A stretch of DNA of 64,000 nucleotides, from positions 3,832,407-3,896,406 of the forward strand of contig CAWGEI010000003.1 in NCBI GenBank assembly GCA_963821585.1, written 5' to 3'. The notes under the pieces are model-generated. The model was not told the DNA's origin. It did no database searches and saw only the letters and a list, made by a program, of their open reading frames with translations. The first letter of the stretch is position 1. Every line of letters begins with the position of its first letter. Below, piece after piece: positions 32,548-41,740 of the stretch. A program made the position numbers and the translations under genes. This stretch comes from an uncultured Acidobacteriota bacterium (lineage in GTDB: Bacteria; Acidobacteriota; Thermoanaerobaculia; Gp7-AA8).

Positions 32548-33558
32548 ATGCGAGCGGCCAACCTCAACCATGTCAAACGCCGCGTGCTGCAGCAGGCGGT
32601 GGCGGAGAACCTCGAGACCATCCGGGGATTGCCTCCGCGCGGAGCCCGTCCGGGGAATCTCCGGATGCGGCGATGGCTCCGCCGTGCGCCGTTCGTGCTC
32701 GTCCCGCTGACGCTGGCGGGGTCGACCTACGTGATGACGAACACCCCGCAGGCACTGCTGGGTAATCAGCCGATCCACGCCGCTCCGGCGGCGATCCTCG
32801 CGCCGCGCCCTCTGGTCGCGCAGGCCGAGGAGGCGGTATCCGAGACCGAGCGCGTGACGGCGACTGCGTTCCCGCTGGCGGTGCGGCGCGTGGTGCTCGA
32901 CGCGGGCCACGGCGGCACCGACCCGGGTGCCACCGCGGCGCAGCTCCTCGAAAAAGAGATCACGCTCGACATCGGCCAGCGGCTGCAGGTGCTGCTCGAG
33001 CGCGACGGGTTCGAGGTCGTCTCGACGCGCAATGCGGACCGGACCATTGCCTTGAGGGAGCGCGCGCGGGTCGCGAACCAGTCGCGCAGCGACATCTTCC
33101 TCTCCATCCACGTCAATGCGCTGATCAAGCACACCGAGGCGCGGGGGATCGAGACGTACTACCTCGGAGCGACGAACGATCCCAAGCTGACCCAGCTCGC
33201 GGCGGCGGAGAACACGGTGTCGGGCTATTCGATCGCCGACATGCGCGCGCTGCTGGACGGCGTCTACGCCGACGCGCGCCGCGACGAGTCGCTCGCGCTC
33301 GCGCACGCGGTCCAGAAGAGCCTCTTCGGGACCCTGCGCAAGACCGATCCGGGGTTGCAGAACTGGGGCGTGAAGCGCGCGCCGTTCCTGGTCCTGGTGG
33401 CGACCGACATGCCCGCGGTGCTCGCGGAAGTCGGGTGCATCTCGAACGAACACGAGGCGGTGATGCTGCGCCGTCCGGAGTACCGGCAGAAGATCGCGGA
33501 CGCGCTGTTCCTCGGCATCCGCGGCTATGCGAAGAAAGGGAGCGAGAAACATGGGTGA
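32548..33558 (+). CDS. N-acetylmuramoyl-L-alanine amidase (Amidase_3, AmiC-like)
   Basis: VVLDAGHGGTDPGA...SIHVNA...ETYYL...LVATDMPAVLAEVGCISNEHE. N-terminal TM segment. The start is ambiguous between the GTG at 32530 and the ATG at 32548. Confidence 0.8.
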   Translation: MRAANLNHVKRRVLQQAVAENLETIRGLPPRGARPGNLRMRRWLRRAPFVLVPLTLAGSTYVMTNTPQALLGNQPIHAAPAAILAPRPLVAQAEEAVSETERVTATAFPLAVRRVVLDAGHGGTDPGATAAQLLEKEITLDIGQRLQVLLERDGFEVVSTRNADRTIALRERARVANQSRSDIFLSIHVNALIKHTEARGIETYYLGATNDPKLTQLAAAENTVSGYSIADMRALLDGVYADARRDESLALAHAVQKSLFGTLRKTDPGLQNWGVKRAPFLVLVATDMPAVLAEVGCISNEHEAVMLRRPEYRQKIADALFLGIRGYAKKGSEKHG

Positions 33559-34570
33559 GGTCCTTCACGTCGGAATCGATCTCGGGACGTCCCGCAGCGC
33601 CATTTCGGCGTCGAACGGCGAGCGGTTCGTGGTCGACAGCTTCGTCGGCTGGCCGCTGGACATGGTGGCGAAGAAGGTGTTGAAGCGCGACGTGCTGATC
33701 GGCCACGAGGCCGTCGCGAACCGGACCATGCTCGACCTGCACCGCCCTCTCGAGCGCGGCCTGCTGAAGGAAGGGTCGGACAAGGACGTCGAAGCCGTGC
33801 GCGAGCTGCTGCGGCACCTGCTGCGGCTGGTGGGCGTGAACGGGAAGATCGACGCGTCGAACGTGCGCGCGGTGGTCGGCGTCCCGGCCGCGGCGCTGCG
33901 GACGAACAAGCAGTACCTGCGCAACGCCATGAAGGGCATCGTCGACAGCCTGCTGATCGTGTCGGAGCCGTTCGCGGTCGCGTACGGACTGGACGCGCTG
34001 CTGCACACGATGATCATCGACATCGGCGCGGGCACGACGGACTTCTGCGTGATGAAGGGCCGCTACCCCACGGAAGAGGACCAGCGCACGCTCACGGTAG
34101 CCGGGGACTCGCTCGACAACCAGTTGCTGAAGCTGGTGCAGGAGCGGCATCCGTCCGCGAACGTCACGGTGTACATGGTCCGCGAGTGGAAGGAGCAGCA
34201 CAGCTTCGTCGGCAGTGCCGGCGACCCGATCGTCGTGAAGGCGCCGGTGAGAGGCGTCCCGACGGACCTCGACATCACGGCGGAGATGAAGGCCGCGTGC
34301 GAGAGCATCCTCGCGCCGACGGTCGAGACCATGCTCGACCTGATCTCGCGCGTGGAGCCGGAGTTCCAGGAGCGCGTGCGGAACAACATCATCCTCTCCG
34401 GCGGCGGAGGCCTCATCCGCGGCCTGGCCGAGGCGCTGGAGACGGCGCTGAAGGCGGTGGGCGGCGGCAAGGTGCGCTGCATGAAGGACCCGGTGTTCAT
34501 CGGGTCGGACGGCGGTTTAGGCCTGGCCACGGACGCCCCGGAAGGGGACTGGGAAAAGTTGACGGCGTAA
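33551..34570 (+). CDS. MamK-family actin-like ATPase
   Basis: AAGGGAG RBS. Overlaps the amidase end by 8 nt. HVGIDLGTS...VVGWP...VGVPAAA...VSEPFAVAYGLD...IIDIGAGTTDFCVMKG...DQRTLTVAGD...ERHP...KEQHSFVG...ILSGGGGLIRGLA...VRCMKDP follows the MamK pattern (actin/Hsp70 fold). Confidence 0.8.
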   Translation: MGEVLHVGIDLGTSRSAISASNGERFVVDSFVGWPLDMVAKKVLKRDVLIGHEAVANRTMLDLHRPLERGLLKEGSDKDVEAVRELLRHLLRLVGVNGKIDASNVRAVVGVPAAALRTNKQYLRNAMKGIVDSLLIVSEPFAVAYGLDALLHTMIIDIGAGTTDFCVMKGRYPTEEDQRTLTVAGDSLDNQLLKLVQERHPSANVTVYMVREWKEQHSFVGSAGDPIVVKAPVRGVPTDLDITAEMKAACESILAPTVETMLDLISRVEPEFQERVRNNIILSGGGGLIRGLAEALETALKAVGGGKVRCMKDPVFIGSDGGLGLATDAPEGDWEKLTA

Positions 34571-34578
34571 GGGCTGCC

Positions 34579-34758
34579 GTCCGCTACGCGGACTAGTATC
34601 CGTGGCGCGCGTCTTTCCCCCGGCTGAAGCCGGGGTCTATTTTCTCTTGCCCGCTACGCGGGCTTTCTCCTTGCCTGCGTAGCAGGCTGCCAGACAATAG
34701 GCCCCGGCTTCAGCCGGGGCAACGAAGCGCGCATCGGAACGAGCCCGCGTAGCGGGCG
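34579..34758. ncRNA. cluster of six GC-rich hairpins of two alternating types (putative structured RNA or regulatory region)
   Basis: gtccgc-TAC-gcggac; ccccggc-TGAA-gccgggg; gcccgc-TAC-gcgggc; gcctgc-GTA-gcaggc; ccccggc-TTCA-gccgggg; gcccgc-GTA-gcgggc. It lies between the mamK-like stop and the hydrolase start. Confidence 0.35.
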
Positions 34759-34771
34759 ACAGAAAAGCACC

Positions 34772-35575
34772 ATGACCCGCGTTCTTGTGTTCCTGCTCGT
34801 CCTGCTGATCGCGATTCTCGCGTTTGCGCAGGTGCTGCGCCGGACGGGGATGTTCTTTCCGGACAAGTATCCGACCGGGCGGTGGAACGTAAGCGACTGG
34901 GTGGTTACCCCCACCGAACATTCCTTCGCAACGGACGTCCCGCTGCACGCCTGGTGGTTCCGGGCCGAAGATCCCAACGCGCCGGTGCTGATCTGGTTCC
35001 ACGGCAACGCCGGGAACCTCACCGATCGCGCGGAGATGTGCGCGGAGCTCGCGAAGCGCGGCGTCTCGGTCTTCATCTTCGACTACCGCGGCTTCGGCAG
35101 GAGCGGCGGGAGGGCGTCGGAGTCGCGGATCTTTCGGGACTCGCTCGCGGCGTATGACTACGTACGCAAACAGACGAAGAACGACATCGTCCTGTACGGC
35201 GAGTCGATCGGCGGTCCGTACGCGGCGTACGTCGCGAAGGAGCGCAAGCCGGTCCGGGCCGTGATCCTGGAGAACACCTTCCCCTCCCTCAAAGACCTCG
35301 GCAACGCGATCTACCGGCCGCTGCCGCTGGGGTGGACGGCGCCGTTCGCGATGCGCACGACCGCGTGGCTGAACGACGCGGGCGCTCCGGTATTGGTCAT
35401 GCACGGGCAACGCGATGCAGTGATCCCGTACGCCCTGGGACGCTCGTTATACGATGGCCTCCGCGTGCCGAAGGAGATGCTCACCTCGCACGCGGGTCAC
35501 TGCGAAATCCCATTGTTCGAAGCCGACCGCTACTACGAGACCGTCACCCGATTCATCAGGAAAGGACCCGCATGA
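34772..35575 (+). CDS. alpha/beta-hydrolase (prolyl oligopeptidase/BAAT-like) membrane-anchored esterase
   Basis: N-terminal TM segment, nucleophile elbow GESIGG, an HGxxD motif and C-terminal His (HAGHCE). Confidence 0.75.
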   Translation: MTRVLVFLLVLLIAILAFAQVLRRTGMFFPDKYPTGRWNVSDWVVTPTEHSFATDVPLHAWWFRAEDPNAPVLIWFHGNAGNLTDRAEMCAELAKRGVSVFIFDYRGFGRSGGRASESRIFRDSLAAYDYVRKQTKNDIVLYGESIGGPYAAYVAKERKPVRAVILENTFPSLKDLGNAIYRPLPLGWTAPFAMRTTAWLNDAGAPVLVMHGQRDAVIPYALGRSLYDGLRVPKEMLTSHAGHCEIPLFEADRYYETVTRFIRKGPA

Positions 35576-36999
35576 AACGTCTACTCGTATTCATCGCGCT
35601 CGCCGCAGGCTGTGCGACAACCACTCCACGGCCCGCTGTTGAACCTACACCCGTCGTAACCGCACCCACACCCACGCCCGCAGTGCAGGCCGAAGCGCCT
35701 CCCGCAGCACCGGCGCTGCAGATCCCCGTCGAGTACCACAAGCTCGACAACGGCCTGAAGGTCGTCCTCTCGCCCGACCACACCGCGCCGACCGTGGTCA
35801 TCGCGGCGTACTACGGCATCGGCTTCCGGGTCGAGCCGCGCGAGCGCACGGGCTTCGCGCACCTGTTCGAGCACCTGATGTTCCAGGGCTCGCAGAACCT
35901 CGGCAAGATGGAGTTCATCCGTCTCGTGCAGTCGAACGGCGGCGTGCTGAACGGCTCGACGCGCTTCGATTTCACGAACTACTTCGAGGTTGTCCCCGCG
36001 CACACGCTGCAGACGATGCTTTGGGCCGAGGCGGATCGCATGCGCGGCCTGGCGATCACGCAGGAGAACCTCAAGAACCAGCAGGACGTCGTGAAGAACG
36101 AAGTCCGCGTGAACGTCCTCAACCAGCCGTACGGCGGCTTCCCCTGGCTGGACCTGCCGCAGTACGCGAACACGAACTGGTACAACGCGCACAACTTCTA
36201 CGGCGACCTCACCGACCTCGACGCCGCCACGCTCGAGGACTCGCGCAAGTTCTTCCAGACCTACTACGCGCCGAACAACGCGGTCCTGACCATCGTCGGC
36301 GACTTCGATCCCCCGACCGCGCTCGCGTGGGTCCGCCAGTACTTCGACCCCATCGCCGCACAGCCGCAGCCCGCACCCGCGGACATCTCCGAGCCGCGGC
36401 AGACCGAGGAGAAGCGCGCGACGAAGACGGACGACAAGGCCACGCGGCCGGCGCTCGCGTTCGCATATCACGCGCCCCCGCAGGACACGCCCGAGTACTA
36501 CGCGATGGGCATCATCGATCAGATCCTCGCGGCCGGAAACGACAGCTGGCTGTATCAGGATCTCGTGCAGACCCGCGGCCTGACCGGTGAGGTCAACGCG
36601 TCGATGAACCTCCTCGGCAACATGTTCAACATCCACGGCCCCACGCTGTACATGACCTGGGTGTTCCACGACAACGACAAGACCGCGAACGAGATCCTCA
36701 GCGCCGTCGACGCGCAGATCGTGAAGCTGCAGACGCAGCCGGTCGACGAAGAGACGCTCCGCCGCGCGCGCGTGAAGATGCGCTCGTCGCTCTATGACTC
36801 GCTGGAGCTCTTCAACGGCTTCGGGCGCGCGGACCTGCTGGCGTCGTTCGCGCTCTTCTACGACGACCCCGCGAAGATCAACCGCATCGAGAGCGAATTC
36901 GCGAAAGTCACGCCGGAGCTGATCCAGCGCACCGCGCAGGAGTACCTCCGCCCGACGAACCGCACGATCCTGACGATCGTGCCGAGGAGCGCATCATGA
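35572..36999 (+). CDS. M16-family zinc metallopeptidase (active subunit, HxxEH)
   Basis: Lipoprotein signal, inverted zinc motif HLFEHLMFQG, an M16 C-terminal domain. ATGA overlap with the upstream gene. Confidence 0.85.
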   Translation: MKRLLVFIALAAGCATTTPRPAVEPTPVVTAPTPTPAVQAEAPPAAPALQIPVEYHKLDNGLKVVLSPDHTAPTVVIAAYYGIGFRVEPRERTGFAHLFEHLMFQGSQNLGKMEFIRLVQSNGGVLNGSTRFDFTNYFEVVPAHTLQTMLWAEADRMRGLAITQENLKNQQDVVKNEVRVNVLNQPYGGFPWLDLPQYANTNWYNAHNFYGDLTDLDAATLEDSRKFFQTYYAPNNAVLTIVGDFDPPTALAWVRQYFDPIAAQPQPAPADISEPRQTEEKRATKTDDKATRPALAFAYHAPPQDTPEYYAMGIIDQILAAGNDSWLYQDLVQTRGLTGEVNASMNLLGNMFNIHGPTLYMTWVFHDNDKTANEILSAVDAQIVKLQTQPVDEETLRRARVKMRSSLYDSLELFNGFGRADLLASFALFYDDPAKINRIESEFAKVTPELIQRTAQEYLRPTNRTILTIVPRSAS

Positions 37000-38351
37000 A
37001 ACGGACGCTTCTGAGCCTGCTGCTCGCCACCTCCGTACTCGCCCAGACCAAACAGGCGCCGCCCGCGCCGGGCACGCCGCGGGACTTCGCCATCCCCGAG
37101 ATCCGCAGGATCGAGCTGCCGAACGGACTGCGCGTCCGCCTCGTGCCGTTCGGCGCGGTGCCGAAGGCGACGGTGCGCGTCGTGACGCAGACAGGCAACC
37201 TCGACGAAGGCGCAAACGAAGTGTGGCTCGCCGATCTGGTGGGCGAGCTGATCCAGCAGGGCACCACGACGCGCACCGCGGAGCAGATCGCGCGCGAGGC
37301 CGCGCTGATGGGCGGATCGCTCGACATCGGCGTGAGCTCGAATCAGACCAACATCGTGATGGACGTCTTCTCCGAGTCCGCCGCCGGAGCGATCGCGCTC
37401 GCCGCCGACGTGCTGCGCAATCCGCGCATGCCCGAGGCGGAGGTCGCGCGGTTGAAGACCGACCTCGCCCGCAACCTCGCGCTGCAGACGAGCCAGTCGC
37501 AGTCGATCGCCGCCGCGAAATTCGCGTCGGTCATGTTCCCCGAGCACCCGTACGGCCGGTATTTCCCGACCGAGGCGATGCTGCAGGCCTTCACGATCGA
37601 CCAGGCGCGCACGTTCCACCAGCGCAACTTCGGCGCGGCCCGGACGTTCGTCTACGTCGTCGGCCGCTTCGACGCCGCGGCGGTCGAGAACGCCATCCGC
37701 ACGAGCTTCGGCGACTGGAAGCGCGGCGACGCGCCGTCGAAAGTGACCGTGTCGCCGGTGCGCAAGCGCGGCCTCTATTTCGTGGAGCGCCCGGGCGCCG
37801 TGCAGTCCACGGTCATCATCGGGCTGCCGACCATCAACGCGGCGGATCCGGAGTACCTCCAGCTCACCGTGATGAACTCGCTGCTGGCGGGCTCGTTCGG
37901 CTCGCGCATCACGTCGAACATCCGCGAGCAGAAGGGCTACACGTACTCCCCCAACGGCGCGGTGTCCACGCGCCTCGGCGCCGCGACCTGGGCCGAGACC
38001 GCGGACGTGACGACCAACGTCACGGGCGCGTCGATCAAGGAGATCCTCGGCGAGGTCGAGCGTCTCCGCAACGAGCCGCCGCCGGCCGCCGAGCTGCGCG
38101 GAATCCAGAACTACGTGGCCGGCACGTTCGTCCTGCCGAACTCGTCCCGCGGCGGAATCGCCAACCAGCTCGCCTTCCTCGACCTGTACGGCCTGTCCGA
38201 GGAGTATCTGCGGACGCTCGTCCAGAAGGTGTACGCGATGACGCCGGCGGACATCCAGCGCCTGGCGAAGACGTACCTCGACCCGGCGGCGATGTCGATC
38301 GTGGTGGTCGGCGATCCCTCGGTGCAGGAGGAGATCAAGGGATACAAGTAG
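36996..38351 (+). CDS. M16-family peptidase (partner subunit lacking HxxEH)
   Basis: Signal peptide and M16 N- and C-terminal domains without the zinc motif. ATGA overlap with the upstream M16 gene. Confidence 0.85.
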   Translation: MKRTLLSLLLATSVLAQTKQAPPAPGTPRDFAIPEIRRIELPNGLRVRLVPFGAVPKATVRVVTQTGNLDEGANEVWLADLVGELIQQGTTTRTAEQIAREAALMGGSLDIGVSSNQTNIVMDVFSESAAGAIALAADVLRNPRMPEAEVARLKTDLARNLALQTSQSQSIAAAKFASVMFPEHPYGRYFPTEAMLQAFTIDQARTFHQRNFGAARTFVYVVGRFDAAAVENAIRTSFGDWKRGDAPSKVTVSPVRKRGLYFVERPGAVQSTVIIGLPTINAADPEYLQLTVMNSLLAGSFGSRITSNIREQKGYTYSPNGAVSTRLGAATWAETADVTTNVTGASIKEILGEVERLRNEPPPAAELRGIQNYVAGTFVLPNSSRGGIANQLAFLDLYGLSEEYLRTLVQKVYAMTPADIQRLAKTYLDPAAMSIVVVGDPSVQEEIKGYK

Positions 38352-38590
38352 AGGGCGCGCCTCCTGTCCCCCTCTCCCCGCCGCGTAGACGGCGGGGAGA
38401 GGGTTAGGGTGAGGGGTCGCTCCTCGCACGAGGCACGTCCCCTCACCCGGCGCTTCGCGCCACCCTCTCCCCGCCCCGCCCTCCCTCCCGCGCGGGGAGA
38501 GGGGACCAGGGCCGTTCTCCTGCCCCCCGCCCCCTGCCCCCCGCGCCCTGCTGTAAGCATCCCCGTAAGCGGGGCGCGGTAAACTAGCGC
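38352..38590. repeat. GGGGAGAGGG/CCCTCTCCCC palindromic repeat array (family C)
   Basis: ccctctccccgccgcgtagacggcggggagaggg, cgcgcggggagagggg and similar. Several nested palindromes upstream of the Ser/Thr kinase. Confidence 0.6.
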
Positions 38591-38595
38591 CCCAG

Positions 38596-40503
38596 ATGCA
38601 GCCCGGCGAGATTCTCGACAACCGTTACGAGATCGTGAGGCAGCTGGGGGCGGGTGGCATGGGCGAGGTCTATCTCGCCACGCACACCCACCTCGGCAGC
38701 TCGCGCGTGATCAAAGTCGTCCACCCGCACATTTCCGGGAACACGGACGCCCGCGACCGCTTTCTCCGCGAGGCGCGCGCGGCGACGAAGGTCCATCACC
38801 CGAACGTCGCGACCCTGCACGACTTCTCCACGCTCGCCAACGGCGCGCACTACATGGTGTGGGAGTACATCGACGGCGAGAACCTCGCGCAGAAGCTGCG
38901 CTCGCGGGGCACGCTGCCCCCTCAGGAGGCCGTGCGGCTGGTGAGCCAGGCGCTGCACGGGCTGGAGGCCATCCATCGCGCGGGGATCATCCACCGCGAC
39001 ATCAGTCCCGAGAACCTGATGATCGCGCGCGAAGACGAATCGGTGAAGATCATCGACCTCGGCGTGGCCAAGGTCGAGGACTCCGAGGTGTCGCAGACCC
39101 GCACGGGCATCTTCGTCGGCAAGCTGCGCTACGCGGCGCCGGAGCAGCTCGGGTTCATGCCCGAGGACGAGAAGATCGACGCGCGGGCGGACGTGTATGC
39201 GACGGCGATGGTGCTGGTCGAGCTGCTGACCGGGCGTCCGCCGTACGAGGCGAAGTCGCCGCACGAGTATTTCATCCTCCACGCCAGCCAGGCGCCGATG
39301 AAATCCGTCGAGCTGCCGGCGGAGCTGCCGGGCAGCGCTGCGCTGCAGGCGGTGCTGGCGAAGGCCCTGGCGCGGAACCGCAACGACCGCTACACGACCG
39401 CGCGGGAGTTCGCGCTGGCGCTGGAGGAGATCGAGCGGACGCTGCCGGATCCTCGCGAGATGGCCACGATGGCCATGCCGTACGACGGCGACGAGACGAT
39501 GAAGCTGGGACGGAAGACCGTCGACACGCTGCACCGTTCGACCGTGATGTCGGGCGCGCAAGCGGCACCAGCTCCGCCGACCCTGGCGACGCCGCTGCCG
39601 GCCGCGATCCCCGCACCGCCGCAGCCGCCCGCTTCGCCACAGCCGGCGGCTCCGCCGACGGTGCTGACCCCGTTCCCGCAGCAACAGTTCGCGCAGCAGG
39701 CGCCGAAACAGGGCTCGATGCTGCCGCTGCTGATCGTCGTCGGCGTCCTGCTGCTGTTCGCGGGCGCCGCGGCGTTCGCGATGTACAAGTTCTGGCCGTT
39801 CGGGAAGCAGCAGGTCGCGGAGACGCCGACCACCACCCAGCCTGTTGTGACAACCACGACGCAGGCTCCGCCGAAGGCCTCGGAATCGACATTGACGGTG
39901 ACGTCGCCGGCGACGGAGACGGTGGTCACGACCACCACTGCCGCTCCCCCACCCCTGATCGTCGAGAACACGCAGACCACAGCCACGGCGCCGGTGCTGT
40001 CGTCGCCGGTGGTGAAACCGCCAGTGACGAAGCCGCCGGTGGTGGTCGTAGAGAAGCCAAAGCCTCCCGTAAAGGAAGACGAAGAAGAAGAAGCCGCACC
40101 CGAGGAGGAACCCGAACGGAGCGGCGGCTTCGGCGCGCCGACGTACGTCGACGGCGGCGATGACGACTACCGCAACGAGCGGGCCCTCACCGCGCTGCGC
40201 CGCGCCCTGCGCGGGACAAACGTCGTCGCCCTGCGCGCCGGCGGGATGACCCCGGAGCTCGCACGCGCGCTGCGCGAAGAGTTCCCCGACCTCCGCTTCG
40301 AGGCCGAGGCCGACGTCGTCATCCGCTTCGAAGGAAAGTTCGAGCGCCGCCCCCGCGCGTTGAAACGCCGGGCCGCGACGGCCACGGTGTCGAAGAACGG
40401 CCGCGTGATCTTCCGCTACCAGCTCCCCGACGAGGTGTACCGCGTAGGGATGTCGCCGGCGGAGTCGTTCGCGCGCGTGCTGGCCAATGCCATGAACGAA
40501 TGA
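38596..40503 (+). CDS. Ser/Thr protein kinase with a Pro-rich linker, TM segment and extracytoplasmic C-terminal domain
   Basis: Hanks motifs GAGGMGEVYLA, HRDISPENLM, DLGVAK, APEQ. A PAPP-rich linker, TM segment LPLLIVVGVLLLFAGAAAFAMY and a C-terminal domain of about 230 aa. Confidence 0.85.
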   Translation: MQPGEILDNRYEIVRQLGAGGMGEVYLATHTHLGSSRVIKVVHPHISGNTDARDRFLREARAATKVHHPNVATLHDFSTLANGAHYMVWEYIDGENLAQKLRSRGTLPPQEAVRLVSQALHGLEAIHRAGIIHRDISPENLMIAREDESVKIIDLGVAKVEDSEVSQTRTGIFVGKLRYAAPEQLGFMPEDEKIDARADVYATAMVLVELLTGRPPYEAKSPHEYFILHASQAPMKSVELPAELPGSAALQAVLAKALARNRNDRYTTAREFALALEEIERTLPDPREMATMAMPYDGDETMKLGRKTVDTLHRSTVMSGAQAAPAPPTLATPLPAAIPAPPQPPASPQPAAPPTVLTPFPQQQFAQQAPKQGSMLPLLIVVGVLLLFAGAAAFAMYKFWPFGKQQVAETPTTTQPVVTTTTQAPPKASESTLTVTSPATETVVTTTTAAPPPLIVENTQTTATAPVLSSPVVKPPVTKPPVVVVEKPKPPVKEDEEEEAAPEEEPERSGGFGAPTYVDGGDDDYRNERALTALRRALRGTNVVALRAGGMTPELARALREEFPDLRFEAEADVVIRFEGKFERRPRALKRRAATATVSKNGRVIFRYQLPDEVYRVGMSPAESFARVLANAMNE

Positions 40504-40562
40504 TGTAGGGCGTGGCTTCAGCCCGCCTCCCCGGGCAGGGCGGGCTGAAGCCACGCCCTACG
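40504..40562. repeat. palindromic stem-loop element, family B (copy 2)
   Basis: tgtagggcgtggcttcagcccgcc-tccccgggcagg-gcgggctgaagccacgccctacg, immediately after the kinase stop. Confidence 0.8.
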
Positions 40563-40818
40563 TGGCGTCCCGCCGCCCCCCGGGTGTGCCTTTCCGTCGA
40601 CGTGTCGTCCTCGGCCGGCTCCTCCTGCTTCCGTGCCCCTGCGGATTTCTGCATGGAGTTCCGTATCGTATCGAATGCATCCCATTTGCAACGATTTACA
40701 CTTTGCGACACAAAATTCTCTTGACCCTCATAGATCACAGGAGTACATTTAGGATCGCATGAGGCACGACGCCAAGGATCGATCCGGACAGCGTCCATTT
40801 CGAAAGAGACGACGTCTC

Positions 40819-41049
40819 TTCCGATGGAGACGATCCTGCCTTCGAAGGGGACGATTGAACTTTCGATGGAGACGATCGTGCCTTCGATGGAGACGATCGC
40901 GCCTTCGATGGAGACGATCGTGCCTTCGATGGAGACGATTTAGCCTTCGATGGAGACGATTTAGCTTTCCTTGGAGACGATTCAGCTTTCGATGGGGACG
41001 ATTGAGCTTTCGGAAGGGACGGTGTCCTCTTCGGAAGGGACGATGCCCG
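40819..41049. repeat. 21-bp tandem repeat array, about 11 degenerate units of CTTCGATGGAGACGATCGTGC
   Basis: Two overlapping frames stay open across it: a minus-strand (K/R)SSPSKA-repeat ORF (40735..41130) and a plus-strand RWRRSCL-repeat ORF (40759..41142). The G/C-rich third-position frame is broken by stops. Coding status is unresolved. Confidence 0.6.
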
Positions 41050-41159
41050 GTTCTTTGTGGACGTCGTCCGGAACCGCGAGGCCGCGCGCCGCCCGGGCTC
41101 CGCTCCCTGCGCCGCGCTCATCCACACCACATAAATGAATGAAAGGAGACCTAGTTATG

Positions 41160-41666
41160 GCAGATGCAACAGTAGTCTCACCCTACACGGAAGAAGCGAA
41201 GGTGCTGGTCGGATTGATCCACGCGGTTCGCGAACAGGTTCCGCGATTCACCCCGGAAGCGCCCGGCGAGGCCAGAGCCATGGCGGCGAAGGCCTCGGTC
41301 AGCGAGCAGTTCCTCGAGGCGGCCAGCGCCTCGATCCAGAAGTCGCCGGCCCTGGAGGCCATCTCCGGCACGCGTCCCGAGATCCTGCGCGACGCGTCCG
41401 CATTCGCGCTGGCCCAGCAGGCCGCGCTGACCGAGGCCGAGTCCCTGGTGCGCGCGATCGCCCATACGATCCGCGCCGCCAAAGCCGCGGCCGGAGAGAG
41501 CGCCCTCGACATCTACGCGATCGCCCAGCGCGTCGCGAAACGGAAAGACGGCGCCGAGCTCGTGCCGCATGTGAAAGACATGCGGCGCAAGCTCAACCTC
41601 GGACGTCGGAAGGCGAATTCAGAGCCCGCTTCCGACCCGTCCGTGAAACCGGCGCCGAAGGCGTAG
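41160..41666 (+). CDS. hypothetical Ala-rich protein
   Basis: AAAGGAGA RBS 8 nt before the ATG (MADATVV). Helical, Ala-rich, basic C-terminal tail. No family recognised. Confidence 0.5.
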   Translation, partial: ADATVVSPYTEEAKVLVGLIHAVREQVPRFTPEAPGEARAMAAKASVSEQFLEAASASIQKSPALEAISGTRPEILRDASAFALAQQAALTEAESLVRAIAHTIRAAKAAAGESALDIYAIAQRVAKRKDGAELVPHVKDMRRKLNLGRRKANSEPASDPSVKPAPKA

Positions 41667-41740
41667 TGTAGCAGCGCAAGTGGGTGGCGGGGAGTCCGAT
41701 CCTCCCCGCCACGGTCGCGCGAGGAGAGAAGAGCGGCGCT

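Noticed and set aside
38584-40554. 656-aa minus-strand and 434-aa plus-strand Arg/Asp-rich ORFs over the Ser/Thr kinase locus
   Set aside because: Antisense or alternate-frame products of the well-supported kinase gene at 38596..40503. Composition is typical of GC-rich non-coding frames.
40819-41049. Possible CRISPR array
   Set aside because: 21-bp units are directly adjacent with no spacers and degenerate progressively. There are no cas genes and no leader. This is a simple tandem repeat.
40735-41142. Annotating either repeat-derived ORF (KSSPSKA protein or RWRRSCL peptide) as a confident CDS
   Set aside because: Both frames stay open only because the repeat unit is 21 nt. Neither has favourable GC3 bias or a clear RBS. 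They are kept as a repeat feature with coding status unresolved.
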